A stretch of DNA of 64,000 bases, from assembly GCA_963514005.1 (NCBI GenBank), contig OY740796.1:14260001-14324000 (forward strand). The letters are read 5' to 3'. The DNA comes from Raja brachyura. Taxonomy: Eukaryota. The position numbers were made by a program, and so were the translations under genes. The notes under the pieces are model-generated. The model did no database searches. It saw nothing but the letters and a program-made list of their open reading frames with translations, and was not told the DNA's origin. Positions 26,200 to 38,785 of the stretch are shown piece after piece (positions within the stretch are counted from its first letter, which is position 1; each line of letters begins with the position of its first letter).

Positions 26200-26525
26200 C
26201 CTTTAGTATTGGTTTAGGTTTATTAATGTCACGTACTGTGGTACAATGGAAAGTTTTGGTCTGCATGCAATCCAATCAGAACAGATAATACTATACATTT
26301 CAGTCAAACTAAAGTAAAATAAGTAGAGGAAAGGAGAAGATGCAAAGTGAAGAATATAGTTCTCAGCATTGTAGCAAATCATTTCCACAGATAAGATCCA
26401 ATATCCACAATGGGGTAGAAGTGAATTAGACTATACCCTAGCTTATGGAAGGACTGTTCAGAAGCCTGATAACAAAGGAAGAAGCTGTTTCTGAGTCTGC
26501 TGGTGCGCGCTTTCAACCTTCTGCA
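26200..26525 (-). mobile_element. Rex1/Babar-type LINE 3' end
   Basis: Reverse strand reads ARTSRLRNSFF..IRLLN followed by a 3'UTR ending aataaacc. Confidence 0.7.
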
Positions 26526-27928
26526 AGCCATGATTTTCTTCCCTTTCTACTATTTGGTAGAGAATCATAGTTAGCGAGCACAGGAGCAGAAAACCTAATC
26601 TTGAGTTTTAATATTAGGAACAATTTGCTTGCAGTTGAAGAAGAAAAGGAAAGCAAAGGCCAATGTTGCATGGTTAATGCACAGTTTTAGCAGAGGGAGA
26701 AGGACTGGACATGCTCAAGATGCAAGATCACAATCGTGCTAATAGCGACATAGTCCACGGACGATTTGTAAAATTAGTAACAATTTGGTAATGGTGTAGT
26801 GCACGTTCCCCCAAAGAGGAGGTACACTTAGTATGTTTATAGCATTGAGTATTTTGTCTGGGAATGGTAGTGAATGTTGTGTCTCGAAAAACATGAAGTT
26901 GCTAGTTATCCATTTATCTGTCAGGAACTGCTCACCATTCCAGTGGCTGAGCTACTATTTTCAAATGTACCCAGTAAAGTAGCAGGGGAAAATGTGGAAT
27001 GCTTCTGGAACTAAATCCTTCCCTGGCCATCTGAGATGAATATGTTGTCTGTACTGGTTTTGGCTCTTTCTAGGAGAGGAAATTGTCAGGCTGTATGATG
27101 TATGAAATGCCTTCCTATCCACACAGTCCAAACAGTAATGTAAATTCCCATTGGAAATAGCTCGAATTCTCCTTACATTTTTTTGTAACTGTCTAGATAT
27201 GCTTGTGTATGCTGGACCTCGTACACATACCTTCTCCAGCGAATGTTGGCATGAGCAGAAAAAAATGCAGACATACCAACAAACCATAGCCAAACTTAAA
27301 AGGGATTTACTAAGTGGAAACATCAGCCGAGTTTGAGTTTGGCAGGAATGTCTTGGAGTGGGGGGTGTGGAGGGGGTGGAAGAGGAAGAGGTGGAGGTGA
27401 TGCAGGGAGGATGGGGGGTGGCGATTGCCAAATCTATGCTCCAAGTTGGCCTCCAACCCAGCAGATCGACCATTCCTTTGCCATTCAGGCATGTTGATTT
27501 TTCTTTTGTACCCTCACAGCCAAGTCTCCCTCTTCCCCCTTTTGCGTCTGGTCTCCTGATATTTTTCCGCCCTGTCCAAGAGGCAACATAATAAAGAGCC
27601 AGTGAATGGATATTGAAGGTGTGTTGAAGGTCAATAAGAACTCTTTGACATCTACCTGAAGCACCAACAAGGACAGTTGAGACCAAAATATAGAATTTCA
27701 GCATCAGACTGTGCCTCTTTCAATGCAACAATGAACTGTTAGTTTGCACTATGGGCTCGGTTCCTGAGTATTATCCAGCAGATAAGGCTTTAGTTCCCTG
27801 ATGTTTTAGAATATCTGCTTGGTTGCCCAAGTAAATTATTTGTACTTCCCAGAACATTTTCACACGATTGAAATGTCATGGAAGTAGTAACAGATATTCT
27901 TAGGACTCATGTTGTGGTTGTTTTCAAG

Positions 27929-28272
27929 GTATCTTTGCTGGAATATAGAAAACGTCAACAAGAAGCGAGAGGAAGTAGTTCCAAATCAGACTGCCTCGGC
28001 TCAGATCTTTCCAAAACACCCAGCAACATGGGCACTCCAACCAGACGAAATAGCGACGGCACTTGTGCACAGTCAGCAACCAATGGTGATTCCACCGCCA
28101 TATCTAGGTCGTCACGTAGATCATCGTCACCCCCAAGTGGTTTTTCATCACCAGTGCACGCTTCAGTGCCTCAAGTTGAGGAGGTCAGTCCATCGGATCC
28201 GACCAGCAGCAAGAATGCAACTCTCTCTGCAGCAGCCAGCATTAAAAGTCGGAACAGCATGAGCACGAGGTG
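27929..28272 (+). CDS. SETD5: SETD5 coding exon
   Basis: ttttcaag acceptor, TG|GTGAGT donor (phase 2). Encodes VSLLEYRKRQQEAR...EEVSPSD...STR(W). Confidence 0.94.
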
Positions 28273-28352
28273 GTGAGTATACTAACCAATTCAAGGCAAC
28301 ATTTTTATCTGAGAGTAGAATTGGGGATTACATTTTTGCTCAATTGAAGTCC

Positions 28353-28640
28353 AAGCTGCTGCCTCCCAGCGTCAGAGACCCAAGTGCGATGCGCAGATGG
28401 TATAGTTGCTGCCTCAGCATCAGAGACCCAAATGCAATCCTGACCTCGGGTGTTGTCTGTGAAGTTCCCTATGACCCTATGGGTTTCTTCCCACTTCCCA
28501 AAGACGTCCAGGTTTATATGTTAATTGACCTCTATAATTTAACTTTGGTGTGTAGGGAGTAGATGTGAAAGTGGGATAAGGTAGAACTAGTGTAATAGCT
28601 GATTGGTGGACTTTATACTCTATTTCCATACTCTATTTTT
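28353..28640 (+). mobile_element. HE1-like SINE with duplicated head
   Basis: gctgcctc..cagagaccca occurs twice, followed by the V-SINE core. Confidence 0.7.
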
Positions 28641-29698
28641 CAATTGACCAATCAATGCTAGTTTACGGCTTGTGTTGTACTAACTTGCTGTAGCAACTAC
28701 TTGTGTTGCAGTAGTTACTCTGTTGAGGTTCTGTTTCGTGATCGTGAGCCTCTAGTTATGGTAACTGATTTCATTCATTTTTGAGCTTCACAAAATTACC
28801 ATTCTAACTCCATTGTTATATTCTTTCCTGAAGTCAATGAGCCAGCATAGTTTAATTGTCCCTTTCTTAGCCAAGCACTGTGAGGCCAGTTAATGATTTC
28901 CCCGAAATGTAATACTGCTTAGTCTGAGAAAACTAGCTCAGCACAGACTTGGAACCTTTAGGCAGCCATTTGGCTAAAAGGCATTGTACAATATCTGGCT
29001 GTCTTTCTAATAATGCTTGCTTGGCCAGGGTGGAGAAATTAAGGATGAAACATACCTTGGGGAGCAGATGTCATGTATAATCATTCACCAAGTGTTTCTT
29101 AGAGCAGTGAACCATCCACTTCTGCAGATAATGTACCTGCAAACTGCGCTCTTAAAATAAGGCCCATTGTGACCACACACCTTCCACCATGCAAGGACAT
29201 TGCTATTAGAGGGCAGAGCAAGCCTTGCCCAATAAAGAACTGGAAAAATGTTGACCGTTGGCTAAACTATGTGTAGGCTTTACAGGTGGTCAAGTTTTTC
29301 AAATTTGTATACACTAATCAAAATCATTTGGACATGTTTTAAACAATTATTAAAAATGTTAAACGTAATAGGACGTAATATTTTTAAGCAGTTAAGACAT
29401 AAAACAAATCTATAACATATCAATTATTATAGCTTTTTTATTTTAATATATCTCCAATTATCAATGACATTACAAAGCAGTGTTCTTTGATAACAACAGA
29501 ATGTAAAAGGACCATCAGGGCTGTCTTAGAATGAAGCTTCAGGACCTGAGTCCTGCATACAGCTTTTGGATTGCTATGGATTGGCTCAAGCATTAACCAA
29601 GTTCATGTCATAGCAAGCCCTGCAAGAATGGAGGGATAAACAAAGAGAAGAAAGCTATTTTGGGGAAAAAAATGGGTGTGGTTGTGTGTTTATTTTAG

Positions 29699-29874
29699 GA
29701 TGGTCCCTACATCAGTAGAACGATTGCGAGAAGATCGGGGAATGTTGGAACGTGTTCTTAGGAGGGTGGAAATTGGAAGTATGAAGCGAACAGGAGAAGA
29801 GCGAAGCACATTGGACCGTGTTCTGAGGAGAATAGAAACCAGTGCAGTGGACTCTGCGAGGGAGAAGGATGCAG
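29699..29874 (+). CDS. SETD5: SETD5 coding exon
   Basis: ttttag acceptor completes the W codon. Encodes MVPTSVERLRE...EKDA. G|GTAATG donor (phase 1). Confidence 0.93.
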
Positions 29875-30894
29875 GTAATGAACATTATTAACTGATCTGG
29901 AGTTTTTTTGTGAAGTTTGTATTTTGACCATGCAAAATGGATTTTGAATGGTCTAAATCTTTTGTGTTCTGTTGAACCTTTTTCCTCTGCAAAGTTATGG
30001 CTGTTTGTTTCTTTTAAATAAAGGACTTAATACAGCTTCAATATAATACACTCGTTATATCGCAGTTTGAAGGCACCACTAGTATTATCATGTCGACAGA
30101 GATGAAAATTAAGTGAATATTAATTTCATTTATGATGTAGGTGTTTAAACCTGTGTTGTATCTAGGTGTGCTGATACATCTTTAGCACCAAATGTTATTT
30201 TGACAGATTGTTGGAGTAGATCAGATGCTAGTCACGCTGGTACCGCACATGGCACTAATCCACAATGCTGATTCACTACAGTGCTCTTGGTCTTCCAGTC
30301 CAACCACTCACCAGCATGTACTCCTTCCACACCATCTTCCCTGCGCCCCTCCTCATCCCATCGTACCTCAAATAAGACATCCCCTGGTGCTGCACATTTC
30401 TGTGCCCAAAACCCAACATGGCCTAGCAATAAATCACCCACAGTTAGTGTGAAGAGTTTGCCTATGAGATCAAGTGTGGGACAGGCCAGGACAAGTGGTG
30501 TAAACACTCAGTGGTGAGATGAGCGGCTCGCTCAGGCCGCATTCAGACCAGCACGGTAAATGTAGACCATTACTGGGATTTGGCTGCAGTAGCAACACTG
30601 GTAGACAGATCATCTAGATCCAGTGGTCTCTCTCACCACCTTTAGCTGAATATGATGGATACTGCTGTCCTGTCCTCTTGGTCGAACCTGTTCCCACAGA
30701 GCAATCACCAGTCTTTTGCAACCAAAAACTGAGAGAGACACTTACTTGCATCTCAATCCCATAGGAGGTGATGAGAGAGAGATAGCAGACCATGGGTAGT
30801 GCATATGGAGCACGTGCTGCCAGTCCCTGGCAATGGACGAATGCTCAGCAGGTGATTGTGATGCACCTTTGGGTCACACATCCTACAGCAGGCT

Positions 30895-31885
30895 CTCAAT
30901 CAGCTGGGCAACTGGGCTAAGGAATGGCTAATGGAGTTTAATGCAGATAAGTGTGAGATTAGGCATTTTGAGAAGTAAAACCAGGGCAGACCCTTGACAG
31001 TGAATAGCAGGGCTCTGGAGAAAGCTATTGAGCAGAGGGATCTTGGAGTACAGGTACACAGTTCCCTGAAAGTGCCATCACAGGTAGATTGGAAGATGAA
31101 GAAGGCTTTTGGTACATTGTCCTTCATTAGTCAGGGTATTGAGGAGAGAAGTTGGGACGTTATGTTACTGTGGACAAGATGTAGGTGAGGCCAAATTTGG
31201 AGTACCGTATAATAACAAGGAACTGCAGATGCTGGTTTATACCAAAGATACACACAAAATGCTGGAGTAACTCAGCGGGTCAGGCAGCATCTCTGGAGAA
31301 CGTGGATAGGTGACATTTCAGACAGACGGGTTCCAGCCCAAAACGTTGCCAATCCATGTTTTTTGCCTGACCTGCTGAGTTACTTCAGCGTTTTGGGTCT
31401 ATCTTTGGAGTACTGCTGCTATAGGAAGGATGTCATTGAGCTGGAAGGAGTGCAGAGTAGATTTAAGAGGATGTGGCCAGGACCTGAGAGGCTGAACTGT
31501 AGAGGGCAGGCTAGGACTTTATACCTTGGAACGCAGGAGGCTGAGGGGTGCTCTTATAGGGGTATATAAAATCATGATAATGCACAGAATCTTTTGCCTA
31601 GGGCAGGGAAACCAAAAACAAAAGGACATGTGGTTAGGTTGACATGGGAAAAATGTAATATGATCCTGAGGGTCAACTTTTTCTTTGAGAGGGTGGGCAT
31701 TGGCATGAACTGCCAGAGGAGGTAGTTGAGGCAGGTACTATAATAGCATTTAAAATACACTTGGACACGTGCATGGATTGGAAAGATTTAAAGATAAATG
31801 GTTAAATGGGACCAACTTAAATGGGGAATCTTGGTCGGCATGGAGAAGATTGGCTGAAGGACAAATTTCCGTGCTGTATGACGAT
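30895..31885 (+). mobile_element. CR1 3' fragment with nested Penelope-derived insert (31206-31403)
   Basis: EQRDLGVQVHSSLK motif. The insert is flanked by a tttggagtac duplication. Confidence 0.85.
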
Positions 31886-32169
31886 TGATATCTGTAGTCC
31901 CATAGTCCAGCCAACAACAGTCCTCAAAGGCAGTCACCACACTGAGTCCTGGGGCAATTCATCATTCGATTAATGACATATTCCTTGCTTTGTTGGGAAA
32001 GCTAATTACACATCTTTCAATATATAATTTTATAATGATCCCATGTAGCGATTTTGTGCTGCTTTCTTGTGAAAGCATCCTCAGCATTAAGTGTGGTATC
32101 ACAGCTACCACTACTCTATACTGTAATTAATATCAATTGCCCTCATATCAGATAGCACAGAAGCCAAAG

Positions 32170-32815
32170 GTAAAAGCAATGCAAGTGTTTCTTTCCAGAG
32201 AGCTAGAATGCAAATACAGGGATGTAATACGGAGGCTCTATAAGGCCCTGGTCAAGCCGCATTTGGAGTATTGGGCAATTTTGGGCACCATATCTGAGGA
32301 AGGATGTGCTGGCCTTGGAGAGGGTCCGGAGGGTTACAAGAATGATCCCAGGAATGAGTGAGTTAACTTACGATGAGTGCTTGACGGCACAGGGGCTGTA
32401 CTCGCTGTAGTTTAGAGGGTGGGGGGGCGGGGCGAACGGGGACGACGACACACCTCATTGAAATCTACCAAATAGTGAAAGGCTTGGATAGAGTGGATGT
32501 GGAGAGGATGTTTCCTCTAGTGGGCGAGTCTCGGACTAGAGGTCATGGCCTCAGAATTAAAGGATGACCTTAAGGAAGGAGATGAGAATTTATTTAGTCC
32601 GAGGGTGATGTTTCTGTGGAATTCTTTGCCACAGAAGGCTATGGAGGCCGTCAATGACTATTTTTAAGGCAGAGATAGATAGATTCTTGATTAGTATGGA
32701 TATCTGGGGAGAAGGCAGGAGAATGGGGTTAGGAGGGAGAGAAAGATCAGCCATGATTGAATGGCGGAGTAGACTTGATGGGCCGAATGGTCTAATTTTG
32801 CTTCTATTATGACAT
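32170..32815 (+). mobile_element. CR1 3' fragment
   Basis: LYKALVKPHLEY motif and gatcagccatgattgaatggcgg tail. Confidence 0.85.
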
Positions 32816-33360
32816 GACATCCTCCCATGCATACCTTCCAATTCACCGCCCTTGTCGATAAAATCCATAAGCAATTACAATAATTTTGACTTGTCCTGTA
32901 GTATTTGCATTCTAAATCAGCAACCCCAGAGGTTCAGGGTAAATTAAATCTACATTTAAAGCAATCCGATGTTTTTTACTCCACTTTTATGGTTTAACTG
33001 CAGACCATACTGTACGTTGCTGTGCACAGCCATGATGAATGAAAGTTGGAAACCAGCTGTAGAGCTTCATTAGAGATAGCGTTAGAATTTATAGGTTGCG
33101 TTTTTTAAAACCAGCGGCTTACAACACGGCACATTCAAAGGCCTTAATCTGAAGGTAATCTCTCCTCCACCACCTCACCAACCCACCATCTACTCAGTAG
33201 CATAACATTCAAAGTGCTGAAAAGAAAACAATGATTGCCTTTATATTGGAATAGTTAAATTTTGGTTGCAGTCTATATTTAATCTTCGCAGTTTCTATTG
33301 GGACAGGTGTTATTTTGTTTCTTGCTGCCAGTGACATCGCTCTTACTGCTGCGTTTTCAG

Positions 33361-33470
33361 ATTCCACAGACGGTGAAGGATCAGAGACGCATGGCCTTGC
33401 ACGCATCAAGGGTTCCCCAATTCAGAGTCCGCAGAGATATAGCCACAGTCCTTCCAGATATAATCACCAG
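33361..33470 (+). CDS. SETD5: SETD5 penultimate coding exon
   Basis: ttttcag acceptor (phase 1), CAG|GTAAAG donor. DSTDGEGSET...SPSRYNHQ resembles recalled DPADGEGPET...SPSRYSYQ. Confidence 0.9.
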
Positions 33471-34379
33471 GTAAAGATGCCTTCCCACACCAAGACGGTT
33501 CCAGTTTGTTAAGCAAAAAAATTATAAAACAATAGAGACTTTTCTTCTGTGCTGGCTTGGTCTTAATCACAAACCTCTTCTTCCCATATCCCTTTATCAT
33601 CTACTTAAGACATTGGGATCCTAGATTGGTAAAATTTACCAATAAACCATTTGTTGATATGAGTGAAATTCCCATTATTTCTTTCTCCGTGTGGAGTTCC
33701 TCTGTCTCTTAAGCCCTGATGATTCCTTGTTTCACAACATAGGTCTTGATCAATTTCCATTGAGTCCTGTTCTCAGGTGTCCAATGTACGTACAAAGGTG
33801 CAAGGAAGTCCTTAATACTGTTAAACGCCAGTCATTTTGGGCTTGCTGCACCTTTGACTGGCATTTTCTGTGGACCTTACAGACAGTCATGTACTTCACA
33901 CTCCCTCACCAGGATTATTGGCCGATCAGGTTCACAAGACTATCCAGATACTTTGTTTCATACTAAGAGACTGAGATCAGTTGCTTTCAACCTTACATTT
34001 TTGTTGTTAATTTAGCTTCCTAGCACGTACCAGAATGCCTTTGATCTACGATTGGCCACGTAATGAATTTAAACACATTACAGCAATCCCCTTTGTAACT
34101 AACTGAATAAGATTGTGGATGATCTCCCATTCGCTGCAAATTAGTGTAAGATTCATGCTCTTTATTATTTTGCAAAATTGGGATGTTACATAGTTGTGAT
34201 TGCACTATTTGTACCTCCATCATTTTCTGTTTTTACATTAGTGTAAACAAAGAGCATGGGATTTCACTTTAATGTTTCATCTGGAAATACGAGTTAATAT
34301 GGTGTTTTATTATATTTTTAATAGATGCATTATATAAGTGTGGTTTTGTACATTAATTAACTTTAATCAACTTCTGCAG

Positions 34380-35012
34380 ACACAATCTGACGGAGTCGTC
34401 CCTGAATCTCACGTACTTCCACAACAAAGTATGTCTCCCTACAGAACGCACAGCTCCTCGAGTGTTCCCTCGGCTCACACTCAAGGACATGTCTACAGAT
34501 CTTCATCCCATTCGATGGGGCAGAGTGGATCCCAACATACGATAGACTCCAGCTCAACAGCAACTCCTGTCTCTACTCTCTACTTGAGCCCAGTTCATTC
34601 AACGTCTGTTGATACCTCTGTGGTCCAGTATGTTGGGAATTCTGGATACTACAGTGGTCAGCAGCATTCTGGGAGTGTCTTGCATACACTGAGTAGCACT
34701 CAACAAAAGACTACTTCTGGATCTACTCCTTCTATTGCTGCTAGCCCACTACAGAGCACCACAAAAAACATAACTGACTCAACTTTGACCCCAACTCCAA
34801 GCACCATAAACTCTACAGTTTCACAGACTGCAAAGCCATCACAATCAGGCTCATGGACCTTAAGCCCAGCAGGTTCAGGGCAAGCGCTTCACTCTGGAGC
34901 TAAGATTGGCACAGCATCAAGTTCTCAGCACTACCGAAGAACTGGGGTAACCCAGTACCAACCTCCACAGGTCCAAGGTGCAAATGTAAGAACGCAATCA
35001 AGCACATATTAG
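34380..35012 (+). CDS. SETD5: SETD5 terminal coding exon (Ser/Thr-rich), TAG stop 35010-35012
   Basis: cttctgcag acceptor in phase 0. QQSMSPYRTH, LSPVHSTSVD, GYYSGQQHSG, SQHY..GVTQYQ..VQG..VRTQ match the recalled SETD5 C-terminus. The ten exons total 2823 nt = 941 codons with no internal stop. Confidence 0.9.
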   Translation, partial: TQSDGVVPESHVLPQQSMSPYRTHSSSSVPSAHTQGHVYRSSSHSMGQSGSQHTIDSSSTATPVSTLYLSPVHSTSVDTSVVQYVGNSGYYSGQQHSGSVLHTLSSTQQKTTSGSTPSIAASPLQSTTKNITDSTLTPTPSTINSTVSQTAKPSQSGSWTLSPAGSGQALHSGAKIGTASSSQHYRRTGVTQYQPPQVQGANVRTQSSTY

Positions 35013-36200
35013 ACGATGGACACAGCTATGACCATGTTGGAGATGTTTGCCTGGGTATATAACTCTTATGTGTCCATATATGCCATGGGCATATGGATCT
35101 AGTGTGGCGTAAACAACTTTATGGACCTCGAGTTCTGGTTATTGTTGGGCCTATATCAGCATTTACTAGAACATCTTCATACTGTACAAATTCCTGTACA
35201 AAAACAAAATTAAGAGTTAAGAATTGTGTACCTATTGGTAAGGTACATTTTAAGCTTATAATTCAGATAAATATTGTTTAGGCTTTTTTCCTCCAGTTTA
35301 TTTTAAATAAACTAGTCATGTGCAGTAAGACTTTTTTTTAAAAAAGCAAAACGAAAGCGTTTGTAGCGTCAAAAAATAAGGACACGGAGGAAGGGGTGTT
35401 GATAGGGTGGGGAGAATTTGTTCAGGCACACATTCCACGTGCCCGCTTCTCACATGTATACTGTAATATCCTGGAGTAGAAAATTTTATTTATCTAATTT
35501 TATATATAACCATTCTAGGCTAGCTATTATCTTACCCACACAGCGGAGTTTAATCCACGGTGCTGCAGAGTTTTTATTTTACACTTGATGCTGTGAGTTC
35601 CCCAACGTTGAGGCGCAAGAGTGGAAGAGAAGTGTATTTCAGTGACTGTTACAATCTCAAGTTTTTTTTAATTTGAAATCTTAAATTCAGGTCTGTGTTC
35701 AAACTGAAGGGAGACGGTGATCTCCATTTTGAAAGATGTAACATGTGACAAATACAAGTTTAAAAAAAAGTGATGCAGCTTTGCTGCATATTGTATAATG
35801 GGAGTTTAATACTGTTCTTTTATTCAGAACACTGTATATACCACAGCTACTTGTTATCCTCAGAGGATTTAGTTGCCTGACTTTGCATAATGTACATTGG
35901 TAATTTTTTTTTTTGTGTATAATTTCCCTCGTGCACCTTTTTTCCTCTATTTTCTTTTTGACAACAGCTTTCAATCTACCATTGGGCGTCTCCATGTGCA
36001 GTCTTTTTTTTCGATGTGCGATGTGCATGAGGCGAGTTTGTTCCTGAATGTAGCTGTTGACTGAGTTGCACATCATTTACAATCAAGGAGAATTTAAAAA
36101 AAAAATAAAAAATGAAACGGTAGCCTTGCTTTCTAAACATGTACAGTCAACCCCTCCTGTGGAGTGTACAAAAATAAAACAGTTCATTTCTGCAACCTTC
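35013..36200 (+). other. SETD5: SETD5 3'UTR (end approximate)
   Basis: Repeat-free AT-rich stretch after the stop codon, with many TGTA motifs, a Pumilio element TGTATATA (35833-35840) and terminal AATAAA signals. Confidence 0.7.
36173..36178 (+). terminator. Probable SETD5 polyadenylation signal AATAAA
   Basis: AATAAA with upstream TGTA elements and a downstream U-rich tract (36205-36225). A second AATAAA lies ~70 nt upstream. Confidence 0.65.
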
Positions 36201-36489
36201 TTCATATTTTCATTTTTTGTATTTTAAGATTGCAATGTAAAATGTACAATTTAAATTTGAATGTTTGCTATCCCAGTGATCTTTATCTTTTGTTGCAAGC
36301 TGCATTGTACTTTGTCTCAAACCGTCTTCAGTTTTGTTATGCCGGGTCAGATGTGCAGGCTCAGGATGCGGAGAAATCACCTGCTACCTGCTCTCTCACA
36401 ATTCCTCAGTCTGTTTTACTCTGTAATTATCCTGATGCAACTTCTCCTGCGAAAGCACAATTGCACTGAGAGCTAAACACACTCAGAAG

Positions 36490-36795
36490 ATGGTGGGTAT
36501 GTGGAACGAGCTGCCAGGGAAAGTAGTTGAGGCAGGTACAGTATCATTTTAAAATACATTTGGATAGGTACATGGATAAGAAAGGTTCAGAGGGATTTGG
36601 CCAAATGCAGGCAAATGGGACTGGCTTAGATTGGGCATCTTGCTCAGCATGGACAGGTTGGACCAAAGGGCCTGTTTCTGTGTGTATGATTGTTCAGAAT
36701 ATTTTCTCTCCAGAGATGCTGCCTGTTCCACTGAGTTACTCCAGCATTTTGTGTCTACCTTTGATTTAAACTAACACTTGCAGTTCTTTCCTACA
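36490..36795 (+). mobile_element. CR1 tail plus Penelope-derived half element
   Basis: Similarity to other copies in the window. Confidence 0.75.
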
Positions 36796-37422
36796 CTATT
36801 CAGAATATTATTGATACAAATATTATTCCCAGTGCTGCTTTCACTGATTTTTCCCCAAGCTTCTTACACTTGTACAACTTACCATAGTACTGTTCGTAAA
36901 GCAGCTGCTTCTACAGATTAAGTAATTTTACCTACTTAACTTAAGAAGATGGTGAGGTCTTATGATAAAATAAAAATTATTTATCCACAGATCAGCTAAA
37001 TGCTTAATTTGTAACTCTTAATTGAAAAGGCACACCAACAGTGTGTCTTAGATTGGATACAAATATGCTTCTTTAACAGCTTTGATTTCCCACTCCTTGG
37101 ACCTAATAAACCCACCAATTGATAGTTCCCTTGTGGGTTACACGCCATCCTGATTTACTGCCATTCCTATTGCACAATACTGTAACTTAGTCAAATCAAT
37201 GAAATACTGTGAAAGTGACTCACCACCACCTATAATGCAGGGAAAAAAACTGGTCCTCACCAACAATGTCGACATCTCAATAATGAAGTTTAAAAGCTCT
37301 GAGTGTTTTTCAGTAGTGGTATTTACATTGCTTGTTATAGTCCAGCCTCCTTTGTGGGCTTAACATCTAACTTGTAACTTGTGTTTCTTTGCCTTTGACT
37401 TACCCGTGCTTGAAAGTAATTA

Positions 37423-37740
37423 CGGGTCCACCACTGATTTTTCCGGCACCCTTGGTTCCAGAGCCTTTCTGGATTATCTATTTTGCCAGACCAATAAAGA
37501 TCACGACCTCCGAGGGGAATCGAACAGGACTCTCCGGGCCTGAGATACAGGCCCACAAAGTCGACTGTGCGAACGGATCTGCCAGCTGTGGCCGGGTCGG
37601 AGTTCCAGAGTTCAGGGCTGCACGGGGAAAAATCGACTCACCAATTGGCCGCAGAAGTCCACTACGGGAGTGCGTTCTTGTCATTTTCTTCGGATTAAAG
37701 GAAATGCCAGATCACCAGTTGCTGTCAATAGATCAGTATT
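37423..37740. mobile_element. Probable Tigger/pogo-like DNA transposon remnant (CpG-rich)
   Basis: TA|CGGGTCCACCACTGATTTTTCCGGCACCCTTGG resembles TcMar-Tigger termini. No intact second TIR seen. Confidence 0.4.
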
Positions 37741-38268
37741 AATATGTGATCAGCCACATGATCACTTCCAACCTGCCTTTACATCATAACTTCATTAGTA
37801 TTCAGGCTTTTGGGTATTTGAGAGTTTGGGGGTAGACAAATAACGGGAAATCTAATGTTTTTCCTTATTGCATCTTTTCGTGAAATTGCTTGAACAAACC
37901 AGTAGTGATGGTATACTTTGTATGTTGTAAATATGGAATAATGTTGGCAAAATTACATTTCTTATGAATTTGTTAAAATATCAGATGATAAAGGTTTTTT
38001 CTCCTAGAGTAAAATCTTGCTGCCGTGCTTTGAATCTATGATGCCATTGCAACGCTCATGTAATCTATCAGTGAATACATACAAACCTGTAATAATCCTT
38101 TTTGACACTTAACTGGGAATATTTTATGAATCTCAGCATTGACGTACTGTTGTAACCCTTGGTTAAATCCGTTTCATTTTCAATTAATTGCATCTACCAA
38201 GTATTAAGTTTGAATGAGAATGTGCATGAGCTGTTTCTGGTGACTAATATCCTTTGAACAATATATTT

Positions 38269-38540
38269 GGGGCGGCACAGCAGCCCACCAGTAGAGTTGC
38301 TGCCTTACAGAGCCAGAGACCCATGTTTGATCCTGATTATGGATAGTCTTTGTGTGGATTTTACCCAGGTTCTCCAGTTTCCTCACACACTCCAGAGACA
38401 TACAGGTTTGTAGATTATTTGGCTTTGGTAAAAATTGTAAATTGTCTCTAGTGTGTGTGATAGTGATAGTATTCGGGGTGATCTCTGGTTGGACTGGACT
38501 GAATGGACCGAAGTGCTTGTTTCCACGCTGTATCTCTAAA
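38269..38540 (+). mobile_element. HE1-like SINE
   Basis: ggggcggcacag head, V-domain remnant, CR1-like tail. Confidence 0.85.
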
Positions 38541-38785
38541 GTTAAAAAAGTAAATATCTGTGGCATTGCTTAAACTGATACCTAACTTTAAAAAAGTGTG
38601 TAAGATTTTTATGCATAGGATTTATAATGGCTTTCATTAATCCTGTTCTATGTTGCAGTCATTAATATGTCTTTCAGAGGAATGTATCAGCTGAGAAATT
38701 CTCTTCCATAAGAAAGACCACAGATAAGGTAATAAAGGCTTTTGGCATGAATAACTGATAAACCACAAACCTATTGCAGACTTCA

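Noticed and set aside
27357-27421. G-quadruplex-prone tracts (also ~32417, ~56710)
   Set aside because: Common low-complexity sequence with no evidence of function.
26961-27704. 247-aa minus-strand ORF
   Set aside because: No recognisable domain. Partly explained by a purine/G-rich low-complexity tract, and antisense within a SETD5 intron.
2253-35012. KMT2E (MLL5) as the gene identity
   Set aside because: Diagnostic residues and the C-terminal exons (MVPTSVERLRE, AFRTEFNL) match SETD5.
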